Below, in pieces: positions 39,695-49,347 of a stretch of 64,000 nt of DNA; the stretch's first letter is position 1; each line of letters starts with the position of its first letter. The notes under the pieces are model-generated. The model did not search any database and was not told where the DNA came from. It saw only the letters and a list, made by a program, of their open reading frames with translations. Source of the stretch: an uncultured bacterium (GTDB lineage: Bacteria > Acidobacteriota > Thermoanaerobaculia > Multivoradales > JAHZIX01); NCBI GenBank assembly GCA_965368975.1, contig CBDUPA010000011.1:128001-192000 (forward strand). The letters are read 5' to 3'. A program made the translations under genes and the position numbers.

Positions 39695-40184
39695 GCCAGT
39701 CATCAGCAACAACACACCGCTGGTGGCGTTGTGGGTGCTGCGCCGCCTAGATCTCTTACGCGACCTCTACGGCACAGTACTCATTCCAGCTGCGGTTCAT
39801 TCCGAGTTTGTCGCCACCGAATCACAGGTCCGGCAGGCTGCTCTCGATCAGGCTTCTTGGATCGAGATCCGCGAGCTGAAGTACCCGAGACGGATTCTCG
39901 CTTACACGGGCCTGGATGAGGGAGAAGCGGCAGTCTTGGCTTTGGCCGAGGAAGTTGATGCCGGTCTGGTTCTGCTAGACGAACGGAAGGCTCGACGATT
40001 TGCTCGGCGTCTTGAGCTCCCGATAACCGGCACGGTCGGCATCCTCCTGCTGGGCAAGGAGAGAGGCAAGATTCACTCGGTAGGACATTGCCTTGCCGCT
40101 CTGGATGAAGCTGGCCTGCACTTGGGACGAGAGCTTGTGCACGAAGCGCTTCGGCTCGCTGGGGAAGCAGACTTGGACGCCTGA
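39669..40184 (+). CDS. DUF3368 family PIN-domain protein (putative toxin)
   Basis: VISNNTPL, IPAAVHSE, LDEGEAAVLALA, LLDERKARRFA, GTVGILL; overlaps the UPF0175 gene. Confidence 0.85.
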   Translation: MPVGSVSRKPVISNNTPLVALWVLRRLDLLRDLYGTVLIPAAVHSEFVATESQVRQAALDQASWIEIRELKYPRRILAYTGLDEGEAAVLALAEEVDAGLVLLDERKARRFARRLELPITGTVGILLLGKERGKIHSVGHCLAALDEAGLHLGRELVHEALRLAGEADLDA

Positions 40185-40300
40185 TCGGCAGCCAGCGTCG
40201 GATTTCCCCTGTCCCCCTCCCCGTTGTAAACTCGACCCCTCACCACGCTGCCAGCCGGCGGCAGTCTCCCCGAACAAGACGGGCAGGAAAAGGACGCGCG

Positions 40301-41575
40301 ATGAACGCATACCAGGAGTTTGCATGGAGAGGTCTGGTCTACGACGCCACCGAAGGCTTGGAAGAAGCCATCACGAGCGGTGAGATGCGGACGTTCTATG
40401 TGGGCTTTGATCCGACAGCCGCGAGTTTGCATGTCGGCAACCTGCAGCCAATGATGGCGATGGCGCGCTTGCAGCGGGCGGGACATCGGCCCCTGGGGCT
40501 GGTCGGCGGCGCGACCGGAATGGTGGGGGATCCAAGTGGTAAGAGCAAGGAGCGCGTGCTGCTCGACCGCGACAGGATCGAGGAAAACCTCGCGGGGATT
40601 CGCGGGCAGATCGAAGCTATCCTGGACTTTGACTGTGGCAAGAATTCGGCCCAGATGGTCAACAATCTGGACTGGATGGGCGAGATGGGATTCATGGAGT
40701 TCCTGCGCGACGTGGGCAAGAACTTCTCGGTCAACGCGATGATGGCGAAAGAGTCGGTCAAGCGGCGCCTGGCGAGTGAGGACGGGATCTCCTACACGGA
40801 GTTCAGCTACATGCTGCTGCAGGCGTACGACTTCCTGGTGCTGCACGACCGCTACGAGTGCACCCTGCAGGCGGGTGGGAGTGACCAGTGGGGCAACATC
40901 GTGGCCGGTATCGATCTGATCCGGCGCATGCGCTCGCAGCGCGCGTATGGCATGGTGGTACCGCTGGTGACGACCTCGACGGGTGAGAAGTTCGGCAAGT
41001 CGGAAGCGGGTGCGGTGTGGCTGGACCCAGAGCTGACGTCGCCATTCCGCTTCTACCAGTTCTGGGTCAACACGGACGATCGTGACGTCGGCAAGTACCT
41101 GCGCTACTTCACATGGCTGACGCAGCCGGAAGTCGAGGAGCTCGACGCGCTGGTAGAGTCGGAGCCGCAGCGGCGCGAAGCACAGAAGCGGCTGGCCAAG
41201 GAAGTGACGGGGATGATTCACGGTGCGGACGGGTTGGCGAGTGCCGAGCGGGCGACGCAGGTGCTGTTTGGCGGCGAGATGGACGACATGCCGGTAGCCG
41301 AGTTGCTCGACGTCTTCAGCGACGTGCCTTCGACGGAACTGGCGAAGGATCGTTTCGAGGGAGACGGCATGGGTCTGATCGACGTGCTCGCCGAGACGGG
41401 CGTGGCGGCGTCGAAGGGGGAGGCCCGGCGCTCGCTGCGCGGCGGAGGCATGTACGTCAACAACCGGCGCGCGGCGGACGAACGGCAGTTCCTGACGCTG
41501 GACGACACGGTCGAAGGGCAGCTCCTGGTGCTGCGCAAGGGCAAGAAGAACTATCACCTGGTGCGGCTGGTCTGA
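40301..41575 (+). CDS. tyrS: Tyrosine--tRNA ligase
   Basis: YVGFDPTAASLHVGN, QAGGSDQWGNI, KFGKS, C-terminal S4 domain ending LRKGKKNYHL. Confidence 0.97.
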   Translation: MNAYQEFAWRGLVYDATEGLEEAITSGEMRTFYVGFDPTAASLHVGNLQPMMAMARLQRAGHRPLGLVGGATGMVGDPSGKSKERVLLDRDRIEENLAGIRGQIEAILDFDCGKNSAQMVNNLDWMGEMGFMEFLRDVGKNFSVNAMMAKESVKRRLASEDGISYTEFSYMLLQAYDFLVLHDRYECTLQAGGSDQWGNIVAGIDLIRRMRSQRAYGMVVPLVTTSTGEKFGKSEAGAVWLDPELTSPFRFYQFWVNTDDRDVGKYLRYFTWLTQPEVEELDALVESEPQRREAQKRLAKEVTGMIHGADGLASAERATQVLFGGEMDDMPVAELLDVFSDVPSTELAKDRFEGDGMGLIDVLAETGVAASKGEARRSLRGGGMYVNNRRAADERQFLTLDDTVEGQLLVLRKGKKNYHLVRLV

Positions 41576-41606
41576 TTCGGACCTCCGCGCGCAGGACTCG
41601 GAGCAC

Positions 41607-42827
41607 ATGGCTATGGATGCAGGATACGAGCGGTACCAGCGCTTCTTTGAGCGCCCTCCCCAACTGGTAGTGGAGTGGCACGACTCGGAGACGGACGCGG
41701 TCGGCTGGTTGGCGATCAACTCGCTGCTCAACGGGGCGGCTGGGGGCGGCACGCGCATGAAGAAGGGCGCGACCCGCGACGAGGCTGTGTTTTTGGCCAA
41801 GACCATGGAAATCAAGTTCCGGGTTTGTGGGCCAGTGATGGGCGGAGCCAAGTCGGTGATCGACTTCGATCCTGGGGATCCGCGCAAGGAAGGCGTGCTG
41901 CGACGCTGGTTCCGCAGTATCGGGCCTTACCTGAAGTTGTGCTATGGCACGGCGGGTGACCTGGGCGTCGACGAGATCACCGAGGTCATTCCGCTGACCA
42001 CCGTCGAGCTGCAGCTGCAGCATCCGCAGGAGGGCGTGGTACGCGGCCTGGCCAGTGGCGAGGACGTGACGGTGGTACTCGAACGCATGAAGCAGGGCAT
42101 CGAGCTGGACGTACCTCTGAGCGACATGCCGAACGCGCAGTTCAAGCTGGCCGACCTGATCACCGGCTATGGTCTGGCCGCCTCGATTGACGCGTATTTC
42201 CAGCATGCTGGCGACAGCCTGCGCGGTAAGCGGGTGGCGATCGAGGGCTTCGGTGCGGTGGGTGGTTCGGGAGCCTACTATCTGCAGAAGCTGGGCGCTA
42301 CGACGGTCGCCGCGGTGACGCGAAGCCGTGACACGGGTCTGTTCCGCTGGCAGGTGGACCCACGGGGACTCGATGTGGCCGACCTGATGCAGCGGCGCGA
42401 GCTCGCCGGCCTCCCCTCGGGTAGCCCGGAGGGCGACAACGCGGATCCGTTCTGGGCCGCCGAGGCGGATGTCTTCGTGCCCGCTGCGACCTCGCACTCG
42501 CTGAACCCGGATCGCTTGGAGACCCTGCAGCGCAACGGCGTCAAGGTGATTGCCTGCGGTGCCAACAATCCCTTCGACGCCGAACTCGGGAAGACAGAGA
42601 TCCAGCGTCAGGCCGACGAGAGCTTCGCAGTCATCCCGGACTTCATCGCCAACAGCGGCATCGCTCGCGCCTTTGCCTACCTGATGACCGAAGGTGCCCG
42701 CACGGATGCCGAGGCGATCTTCGACGATGTCGACCGGCATCTGCGTGCTGCGGTGGCCAAGCTGTTGGCCGAGGGGCCGGCGGATCGGGGACTGTTGGGG
42801 CGGGCATACGGTATGTACGTGCCCTAG
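41607..42827 (+). CDS. Glu/Leu/Phe/Val dehydrogenase family protein
   Basis: AAGGGTRM, GGAKSVI, EGFGAVG, ACGANNP, VIPDFIAN. Confidence 0.85.
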   Translation: MAMDAGYERYQRFFERPPQLVVEWHDSETDAVGWLAINSLLNGAAGGGTRMKKGATRDEAVFLAKTMEIKFRVCGPVMGGAKSVIDFDPGDPRKEGVLRRWFRSIGPYLKLCYGTAGDLGVDEITEVIPLTTVELQLQHPQEGVVRGLASGEDVTVVLERMKQGIELDVPLSDMPNAQFKLADLITGYGLAASIDAYFQHAGDSLRGKRVAIEGFGAVGGSGAYYLQKLGATTVAAVTRSRDTGLFRWQVDPRGLDVADLMQRRELAGLPSGSPEGDNADPFWAAEADVFVPAATSHSLNPDRLETLQRNGVKVIACGANNPFDAELGKTEIQRQADESFAVIPDFIANSGIARAFAYLMTEGARTDAEAIFDDVDRHLRAAVAKLLAEGPADRGLLGRAYGMYVP

Positions 42828-42867
42828 CGTTGGTCACAATATTCGCAGGCAGGGTTTTTCTGGGTCG

Positions 42868-44049
42868 TCACCACCCCACCGTCATCCCCAACGCTCCCTC
42901 TTCTCGGTACACCACCCGGTACTGCTTGCCCGCCGCCTTCTCGGCCTCGAAGTAGCCGTCCAGCCGACTCTCACGATACGTCAGGTGCAGCGTGAACTCG
43001 GCGTCGCCACGTGCTGCGGACAGTAGTTCGAAGGTGTGCAGCTCCGGGTTGTGGTGACGGCCATCGCCGGAGACGACGTAGTGGTCGGCGGTGATGCGCT
43101 GGAAGAAGTCGAGATCGACGTTGCGATCGCTCCCGTGGTGGGGCAGTTTGAGCAGGTCGACGTGGATCTTGCCGCCCGCTTCGACGAGCTTGGCGTTCTC
43201 CAGCCCTTCGAGGACGTCGTCGCCGCGCGCGTCGCCGGTCAGGAGGAGACGCCGCGGCACCCCTTCGACCTCGGCCTCGGCGAGCACGACGATGCTGGCC
43301 AGGTTGAAGGCGCTCTTGTCGATGTAAGCGGCAGCCTGGGCACGCTCGCTCGTAGTGCCGAGTTCGAGACGCTTCAGTTCCTTGTCCCACCTGCGCTGCA
43401 GTTCCTCGACGCGCTGCAGGCGCGGACCGAGCACGACGAACTCGAGGCCGTCACCCCAATCGACCCGAAAGGCTTCTCGCGGGGGCGCGACGACCAGGTC
43501 GTCGAACGGGGTGTTGATCTCGATCGCCAGGGCCATGGCTTGCTGTTGCAGCTTGCGGCCCTGGCGCACGCTGGCGACCACCAAGGAGGTTGGCTGGCTG
43601 AGCGGGAAGTCGGCGGGCATGTTCCCTTCGGCTGCTGCTGCGATGGCTTCGCCGGTTGCGTCGCCGACCGCTTCGTACAGACTCTCGACGCGGTTGTCGA
43701 TGACGTCGTCGAAGGCGTTGTGCCACAGGGTGAGGATGTCGAACGGCGGTTCGCGTGTCTCGTCGGCACGGGCCTCGTCGAGGTCTTCGAACAGGTCGAG
43801 GACGCCGTTGATGTGGTCGTCATCAATGTGACTGACCATCAGTAGCTCGATCGGCAAGGGTGCATCGGGACGGCTCCCGGCCCGCTGGTTGTACTCGTCT
43901 CGCAGCTCTTCCAGGCGCGGGCGCAGGGCCTCTTCGTAGATGCGGCCGGGACCCCCGTCGATGACGATCAGCTTGGGGTCGTCGGGATCGCCGTAGTGCA
44001 GCAGCAGGGCGTCGCCATACCGTGCGGCGAGGGCTTCGAGTTGCAGCAT
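42868..44049 (-). CDS. MBL-fold metallo-hydrolase (ComEC/Rec2- or Avs1a-like)
   Basis: ARYGDALLL, IDGGP, SHIDDDHING, NLASIVV, LLTGDA, KLPHHGS, SGDGRHHNP. Start is ATG 44049 after GAGGAGG. Confidence 0.82.
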   Translation of the reverse strand: MLQLEALAARYGDALLLHYGDPDDPKLIVIDGGPGRIYEEALRPRLEELRDEYNQRAGSRPDAPLPIELLMVSHIDDDHINGVLDLFEDLDEARADETREPPFDILTLWHNAFDDVIDNRVESLYEAVGDATGEAIAAAAEGNMPADFPLSQPTSLVVASVRQGRKLQQQAMALAIEINTPFDDLVVAPPREAFRVDWGDGLEFVVLGPRLQRVEELQRRWDKELKRLELGTTSERAQAAAYIDKSAFNLASIVVLAEAEVEGVPRRLLLTGDARGDDVLEGLENAKLVEAGGKIHVDLLKLPHHGSDRNVDLDFFQRITADHYVVSGDGRHHNPELHTFELLSAARGDAEFTLHLTYRESRLDGYFEAEKAAGKQYRVVYREEGALGMTVGW

Positions 44050-44066
44050 CTTGGCCTCCTCGGGGT

Positions 44067-46136
44067 CTACACGGATTGCAGGGCGCGCAGGATGTCGAGC
44101 ATGCCGGCACCCTGGAAGTAACGCTCGCGCCCGAGGTCGGTGGCGGTCGAGCACAGGATGTGCTTGATCTTCTCGGGCTCGCCGACCAGCTCCTTGTGCC
44201 GTGCCATTAGCAATGCGGCGGCGCCACTGACGTGCGGTGCGGCCATGGAAGTGCCGTCCTTGCGGCCGGTGCCTTTGTCCGGGATCGGTGCCACGACCTT
44301 CTCGCCGGGGGCCACGAGGTCCGGCTTCAGCCGGCCGTCGCCGGTGGGGCCGCGGCTGGAGAAGTAGCTGACGCCGTAGGTGTGCGGACGGTAGCGGTGG
44401 GTGGCGCCGACGGTGATGGCACAGTCGGCGTTGCCGGGATCGGTGATGCTGATGCTGTGGTAGCCGTCGAGGATGCCGCTGAGCGTCTGGTACTGCTGGT
44501 AGCCGGCGTTGCCGGCGGCAGCGACGACCACGATGCCGGCACCGAACAGGCGGTCGCACTCCTCACACACCGGTGTGCGACCGCAGGCGAAGTTGGCCAC
44601 CGCGTGCGGAATCGAGAAGCTGAGGTTGACGCCCTGGACGACCATGTAGTCCTTGTGGGCATTCAGGTAGCGCACGAACTGGAGTGCTGCCATGACGCCG
44701 AACTCGTCACCGTTGCCGTCGTCGTCGAGGACGCGCAGGTCGTATAGCTTCAGATCTGGACACACACCCTGCAGGTCACTGTCGCGCAACGGCGGTGCGC
44801 CGATTCTTGGCGTCAGCTCGCCGTCCTTCTGCTGCCAGTCAGCGGCAAGGATCCCGGCAACGTGGGTCCCATGTTCGTGGCGCGGTGGCTTGTAGACGTT
44901 CTGCCCGCCGCTGGGATCGGTATAGCGGTGCGGGATCTCCAGGAACGGCTTGAGCAGTTCCCAGTCGATGTCGCGTCCGCTCTGTAGGCTGCGCCGGAGG
45001 TCCTGGGCCTGTCGCCGGCTGAGCCGGTCCTCTTCGAAGCGCTCGCGCAGGCCTTGGGGCAGGCGATCGAGGTCCGGGCCGCCAGGCCGTAGCAGGTCGC
45101 GCACGCGGGTGAAGTCATAGCTGCCGACGATGCGCGTGTGGTTGTGCCAGCGTCGACCGTGCTCGTCCTTGGCAAAGGCCTCTGCTTGCAGGCACTCGTC
45201 GCCGGAACGGGCGCGGAAGGCAGGATGGGTGGCATCAATGCCGCTGTCGAGGACCGCCCAGGTGAGGCTCGAGCAGCCGATGTCGAAGACGCGGCGGGCC
45301 GCGTCGGCCTTGATCGTACTCACCGAGTGCGAGATCGCCGGTGCAGCCCGCCGGTTGCAGTTGAGCAGCCAGATCAGGCGTCCGACTTCGTCGGGGTCCA
45401 CGGTCAGGGGTTGCTGCTCACTTCGACCCTCGGTGGTGTCGTCTTGGGTGTCGCCATCGCGCCACGGCAGGGGATCCTGCAGCAGCAGGAGCAGCTCCTG
45501 GAGGATCTCGTCCAGGTTCTCGCGCACGTCCTGCGGCGTTTGTAGATGGCTTCGGTCTGGACTCACGAAAGCGAAATTCAGCGTACCGACGACCAGGGTC
45601 ATCCACAGCAGGTCGGGTGGAATCGCCTTGTCCTGATCGTCCCGCATCAGTACCTGGTTCTGGCCGCTCAGTAGATCCGACAGCGCTTTGCGGAAGGGGC
45701 GCCAAAGGAGGGCTGCCTCCAGATCTCGGTGATACCGCCGCACGTAGCGATGCCACCACGACGACATCGGCAAAACGATGCGCACCACCTCGTCGAAGTA
45801 GAGACGAGCTACGACGATGGCCTGGTTGAAGGCGACGTCCGGCATGCGATCTCGCACCAGGACCTTGCTGTGCATCTCTTGCCAGCGCTCGCGGCTACGC
45901 TCGACCTCGAGTGCCTGCTGCAACAGCGTCGCGACGCGCGCCGGGTAGGAGGCCCGGTGTGGCGTAATCAACAGGTCGATCGGTTCTCGCTTGCTGGTTC
46001 GCGCGTCTTTGTCGGCCAGGACCTGCCGCGCGAAGGCGAGCCAGACATCGGGCAGGACAGGCGAGTCTTGGGTGTAGCGGCGATCGCTCCGGTTGCCGAA
46101 GATCAGCTTCTTGATCAGCTCTTCTTGCACGTACAC
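44067..46136 (-). CDS. Cytoplasmic S8 subtilisin-like serine peptidase with unknown N-terminal domain
   Basis: VLDSGID, HGTHVAG, AAAGN, GTSMAAPHVSG; no signal peptide. Confidence 0.9.
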   Translation of the reverse strand: MYVQEELIKKLIFGNRSDRRYTQDSPVLPDVWLAFARQVLADKDARTSKREPIDLLITPHRASYPARVATLLQQALEVERSRERWQEMHSKVLVRDRMPDVAFNQAIVVARLYFDEVVRIVLPMSSWWHRYVRRYHRDLEAALLWRPFRKALSDLLSGQNQVLMRDDQDKAIPPDLLWMTLVVGTLNFAFVSPDRSHLQTPQDVRENLDEILQELLLLLQDPLPWRDGDTQDDTTEGRSEQQPLTVDPDEVGRLIWLLNCNRRAAPAISHSVSTIKADAARRVFDIGCSSLTWAVLDSGIDATHPAFRARSGDECLQAEAFAKDEHGRRWHNHTRIVGSYDFTRVRDLLRPGGPDLDRLPQGLRERFEEDRLSRRQAQDLRRSLQSGRDIDWELLKPFLEIPHRYTDPSGGQNVYKPPRHEHGTHVAGILAADWQQKDGELTPRIGAPPLRDSDLQGVCPDLKLYDLRVLDDDGNGDEFGVMAALQFVRYLNAHKDYMVVQGVNLSFSIPHAVANFACGRTPVCEECDRLFGAGIVVVAAAGNAGYQQYQTLSGILDGYHSISITDPGNADCAITVGATHRYRPHTYGVSYFSSRGPTGDGRLKPDLVAPGEKVVAPIPDKGTGRKDGTSMAAPHVSGAAALLMARHKELVGEPEKIKHILCSTATDLGRERYFQGAGMLDILRALQSV

Positions 46137-46277
46137 GCCATGTCTCCCGAGGATGCGGTGCTTCGAATGAGATTTCTTGAGGGCATCCTACACTACGTGT
46201 CGCCGCTGGCTCGGTGAATCTCCGGTCGCCCTGCCGAGGCCACTTGCGCTGGGCAGTTCGGTTAGACTCGTGCGTCG

Positions 46278-48431
46278 ATGTCTTCTTCCACTCTCGAAGC
46301 AACTCTAGCCCGCGTCTTCGGTCACGATCGCTTCCGTCCCGGCCAGCGCGAGTCCGCGCAAGCCGTGCTCGACGGTCGCGAGCTGGTGGCCGTCATGCCG
46401 ACGGGTGCCGGCAAGTCGCTGTGCTACCAGCTGCCGGCCATGCTGCTCGAGGGTGTCACCGTCGTGGTGTCGCCGCTGATCGCGCTGATGAAGGACCAGG
46501 TCGACGCGCTACGGCGGTACAAGGTGCCGGCGGCGGCGATCCACTCGGGCATGTCGCGGGTGGAGCGGGCGGCGGCTGAGAACGACTTGCGCGCCGGCCG
46601 GCTGCGACTGATCTACGTGGCGCCGGAACGGCTGGCGAATCCATACTTCGTGCGGCAATTGCAGCAGACACGCGTGGCGCGACTGGTGGTCGACGAGGCG
46701 CACTGTATCAGCCAGTGGGGCCACGATTTCCGGCCCGACTATCGGCGCCTCGGCAAGCTGCGGGCCGAACTCGGTGTGCCGTCCGCGGCCTTCACCGCCA
46801 CCGCGACGCCGGAGGTGCGGGTCGATATCGGGCGTCAGCTGGGGCTCGAGGATCCGTTGCAGCTGGTCACCGGCTTCGAGCGGCCAAACCTGACGCTGGC
46901 GGTCGAAGAATGCCGCGGCAAGGCAGCCAAGCTGCAAGCTCTGCGGCGCGTGGTGGCGGAGGTGGGTGCGCCGGGTATCGTCTACGCGGCGACGCGGCGC
47001 GGCGTCGAGGCCTGGGGTGCCGCGCTGCGCGAGCTCGGACTGAAGGCCGGTTGCTATCACGCCGGCATCTCGGACAGGGAGCGGCACCGCGTCCAGGACG
47101 CCTTTCTCGGTGGCGAGCTGGAGGCCATCGCCGCCACGAATGCGTTTGGCATGGGCGTCGACAAGGCCAACATCCGCTTCGTCGTCCACGCCGACCTGCC
47201 CGGTAGTCTGGAGGCCTACTACCAGGAGGCCGGTCGTGCCGGCCGCGATGGCGAACCGGCGCGCTGTGCCTTGCTCTATGCGCCGGTCGACATTCGCACG
47301 CAGGAGTTCTTTCTCCACGGCTCGAACCCTCCCGCGACTGCTTTCCGGGTGGTGTGGGAGCTGCTCGGCCGCGGTGCCGGCGAGGGCGAGATCGAGGCCG
47401 CCGCTGGCAACGATGCCGCGTCGCGCATGGCGTACCAGACGGCCGCGCGCCTGTTGCTGCAGGCGGCGGAAACCCGCGGTATCCGTCCGGGTGGCGGCGC
47501 CCCCGGTGCTGAGGAGCTGCCCGTCGATCTGAGCGCCGTGCGGGAGAAGGCGCGCCGGGATCGCGAGCGCTTGACGACGATGGTGCGCTACGCCGCCGAA
47601 CGCGACACCTGTCGAACCCGTGCCATTTACTTCTACTTCGCGGGCGACGAAGCGCGCGAGGAGGACGCTCCGACGTGCGGGACCTGCGACGTGTGCCAAG
47701 GTTGGCACGAGGTGCGGGGACGGCCGCTGGACGACGACGAGGTACTGGCCACGCGCATCGCGCTCTCCGGCGTCGCCCGTCTGGACCGTCGCTTCGGGGT
47801 CGAGCGCATCGCCCAGATGCTGGTCGGCAGCCGCAACCAGGAAGTTCTGCGCCGCGGTCTCGACAAGTTGCCGACCTACGGCAAGCTGAGCCGCTTCAGC
47901 CAGGCCGTGGTCAAGGAGCTGCTCGGCGTGCTGCTGGACGCCCGCCTGATCGACCGTACCGAAGTGCACGGCGGCGGCCCGGGTGCCTTCGTGCTCACCC
48001 TCACCGACGAGGGGCGAGCGGTGATGCGTGGCGACATACGGCCCGAGCTGCCACTGCCCCCTCGGCGTGGCTCTTCGGTCTCCTCGTCACCGCGGCCCTC
48101 GCACACGGGCCGGGCTTCTGGGCCCGCCGTTGAGCCCGGAATGGCCCCCGAGTTGCGCGCTCCCAACTTGGCCGTTCTCGGCCGCGCCGGGGACGATGCA
48201 GCGGACGCCGATCCCGACCTGGTGATGCGCCTCAAGGAGTGGCGCACGGAGGAAGCTCGGGACCAGGGCAAGCCACCCTATGTCGTCTTCCACGACAAGA
48301 CCCTGGTCGCCATCGCCGCCCAGCGCCCCGACGACCTGGACGCCCTGGCTCAGGTCAAAGGTGTCGGCCCGGCCAAGCTGGAGAAGTACGGAGAAGTGGT
48401 CTTAGAACTCATAGGTTCGACCTTGCTCTAG
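46278..48431 (+). CDS. recQ: RecQ family ATP-dependent DNA helicase with RQC and HRDC domains
   Basis: MPTGAGKSLCYQ, DEAHCISQWGHDFRP, YYQEAGRAGRDG, CGTCDVC, PPYVVFHDKTL. Confidence 0.93.
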   Translation: MSSSTLEATLARVFGHDRFRPGQRESAQAVLDGRELVAVMPTGAGKSLCYQLPAMLLEGVTVVVSPLIALMKDQVDALRRYKVPAAAIHSGMSRVERAAAENDLRAGRLRLIYVAPERLANPYFVRQLQQTRVARLVVDEAHCISQWGHDFRPDYRRLGKLRAELGVPSAAFTATATPEVRVDIGRQLGLEDPLQLVTGFERPNLTLAVEECRGKAAKLQALRRVVAEVGAPGIVYAATRRGVEAWGAALRELGLKAGCYHAGISDRERHRVQDAFLGGELEAIAATNAFGMGVDKANIRFVVHADLPGSLEAYYQEAGRAGRDGEPARCALLYAPVDIRTQEFFLHGSNPPATAFRVVWELLGRGAGEGEIEAAAGNDAASRMAYQTAARLLLQAAETRGIRPGGGAPGAEELPVDLSAVREKARRDRERLTTMVRYAAERDTCRTRAIYFYFAGDEAREEDAPTCGTCDVCQGWHEVRGRPLDDDEVLATRIALSGVARLDRRFGVERIAQMLVGSRNQEVLRRGLDKLPTYGKLSRFSQAVVKELLGVLLDARLIDRTEVHGGGPGAFVLTLTDEGRAVMRGDIRPELPLPPRRGSSVSSSPRPSHTGRASGPAVEPGMAPELRAPNLAVLGRAGDDAADADPDLVMRLKEWRTEEARDQGKPPYVVFHDKTLVAIAAQRPDDLDALAQVKGVGPAKLEKYGEVVLELIGSTLL

Positions 48432-49163
48432 GAAGCTCAAGTCCGGGTTGTTCAGCGCCGCGACCTCTTGGTGGATCTTCTCGATACACGGCGGCTTCAG
48501 GTGGTGGAGCAGGATCGGGACGCGCCGTTCGAGCTTCTGCAACTCTTGCTGCAGCGAGTGCGGTGTCAGGTGTAGCGAAACGTCCGCCACCTGCTGCATC
48601 GAGTTGTCGAAGCTGGTGTCGACGCAGATCGCTTTCAGGTTCGGCGTCCGGTTGGCCAGCTCCCACAGCCGGTGCGTGGGGCCGGTGTCGCTGGACCACA
48701 GCACCGCGCTGCTACCTTCCTCGATCAGGTAGCCGAAGGTCGGGATGACGTGGTCGACGGCAACCGGAGTGAAGCGGACGCCATCAATGATGACCGGCAC
48801 TTCCTCGTGCAGGTCTAGGAAGCGCACCGAAGGTAGCAGGTGGTTGGGCAGGCGCGAGAAGTCAGGCCACACCTCGTTGTTGAACAGGTACTTGCGAATC
48901 GCGTAGATGGTGGCTGGCGAGGCGTGGATGTCGATCGCGCCGTCACGCTTGCCGAAGACGTTCTCGATGAAGAACGGCAGCGCGTTGGTGTGGTCCATGT
49001 GCGAGTGGGTGAGCACGATGGAGTGCACGCGCACCTGCTCTTCCACGGACAATGCCTGGGTCAACGAGCCGGCGTCCAGTGCGATGCGGTCGTTGATCAG
49101 AAGGCATGTCATCCGAGTGTTGAGACTCTCGCCGCCGTAACCACCTAATACTCGAATGCGCAT
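48402..49163 (-). CDS. Class II 3',5'-cyclic nucleotide phosphodiesterase-like MBL-fold protein
   Basis: RVLGGYGG, LDAGS, THSHMDH, LFNNEVWPDF, SDTGPT, HLTP, HHLKP; 30-nt convergent overlap with recQ. Confidence 0.82.
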   Translation of the reverse strand: MRIRVLGGYGGESLNTRMTCLLINDRIALDAGSLTQALSVEEQVRVHSIVLTHSHMDHTNALPFFIENVFGKRDGAIDIHASPATIYAIRKYLFNNEVWPDFSRLPNHLLPSVRFLDLHEEVPVIIDGVRFTPVAVDHVIPTFGYLIEEGSSAVLWSSDTGPTHRLWELANRTPNLKAICVDTSFDNSMQQVADVSLHLTPHSLQQELQKLERRVPILLHHLKPPCIEKIHQEVAALNNPDLSFLEQGRTYEF

Positions 49164-49290
49164 AAGTTGACCGATTCTATGCGGGATAGATCAACGGGCA
49201 CAACCCAGGACCATGAAAGTGGGGTCGTACGACTTGGGTCAAGTGGGGTCCATCCCTGGGGCGATTGTACGCTTTCGGCGCAGGAAACGA

Positions 49291-49326
49291 AAACGGCGCG
49301 GCTGGCCTGTGCCCGCCGCGCCGTTT
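49291..49326 (-). terminator. Rho-independent terminator after the Omp85 gene
   Basis: aaacggcgcggc/gccgcgccgttt stem followed by a T-run on the minus strand. Confidence 0.7.
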
Positions 49327-49347
49327 CTTGTCTCCGTCAGGCAGCGA

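Noticed and set aside
40185-40300. T-box riboswitch upstream of tyrS
   Set aside because: The region is too short and has no T-box consensus or terminator.
44050-44559. N-terminal 170 aa of the 563-aa ORF (apparent S8/MBL overlap or fusion)
   Set aside because: Off-frame read of the S8 3' end. S8 has its own stop, and the MBL gene has its own RBS and ATG at 44049.
48402-49163. Class II phosphodiesterase as part of the S8-MBL system (CBASS/Pycsar-like link)
   Set aside because: Separated from it by recQ, no cyclase nearby, and it has its own upstream region; no evidence of linkage.
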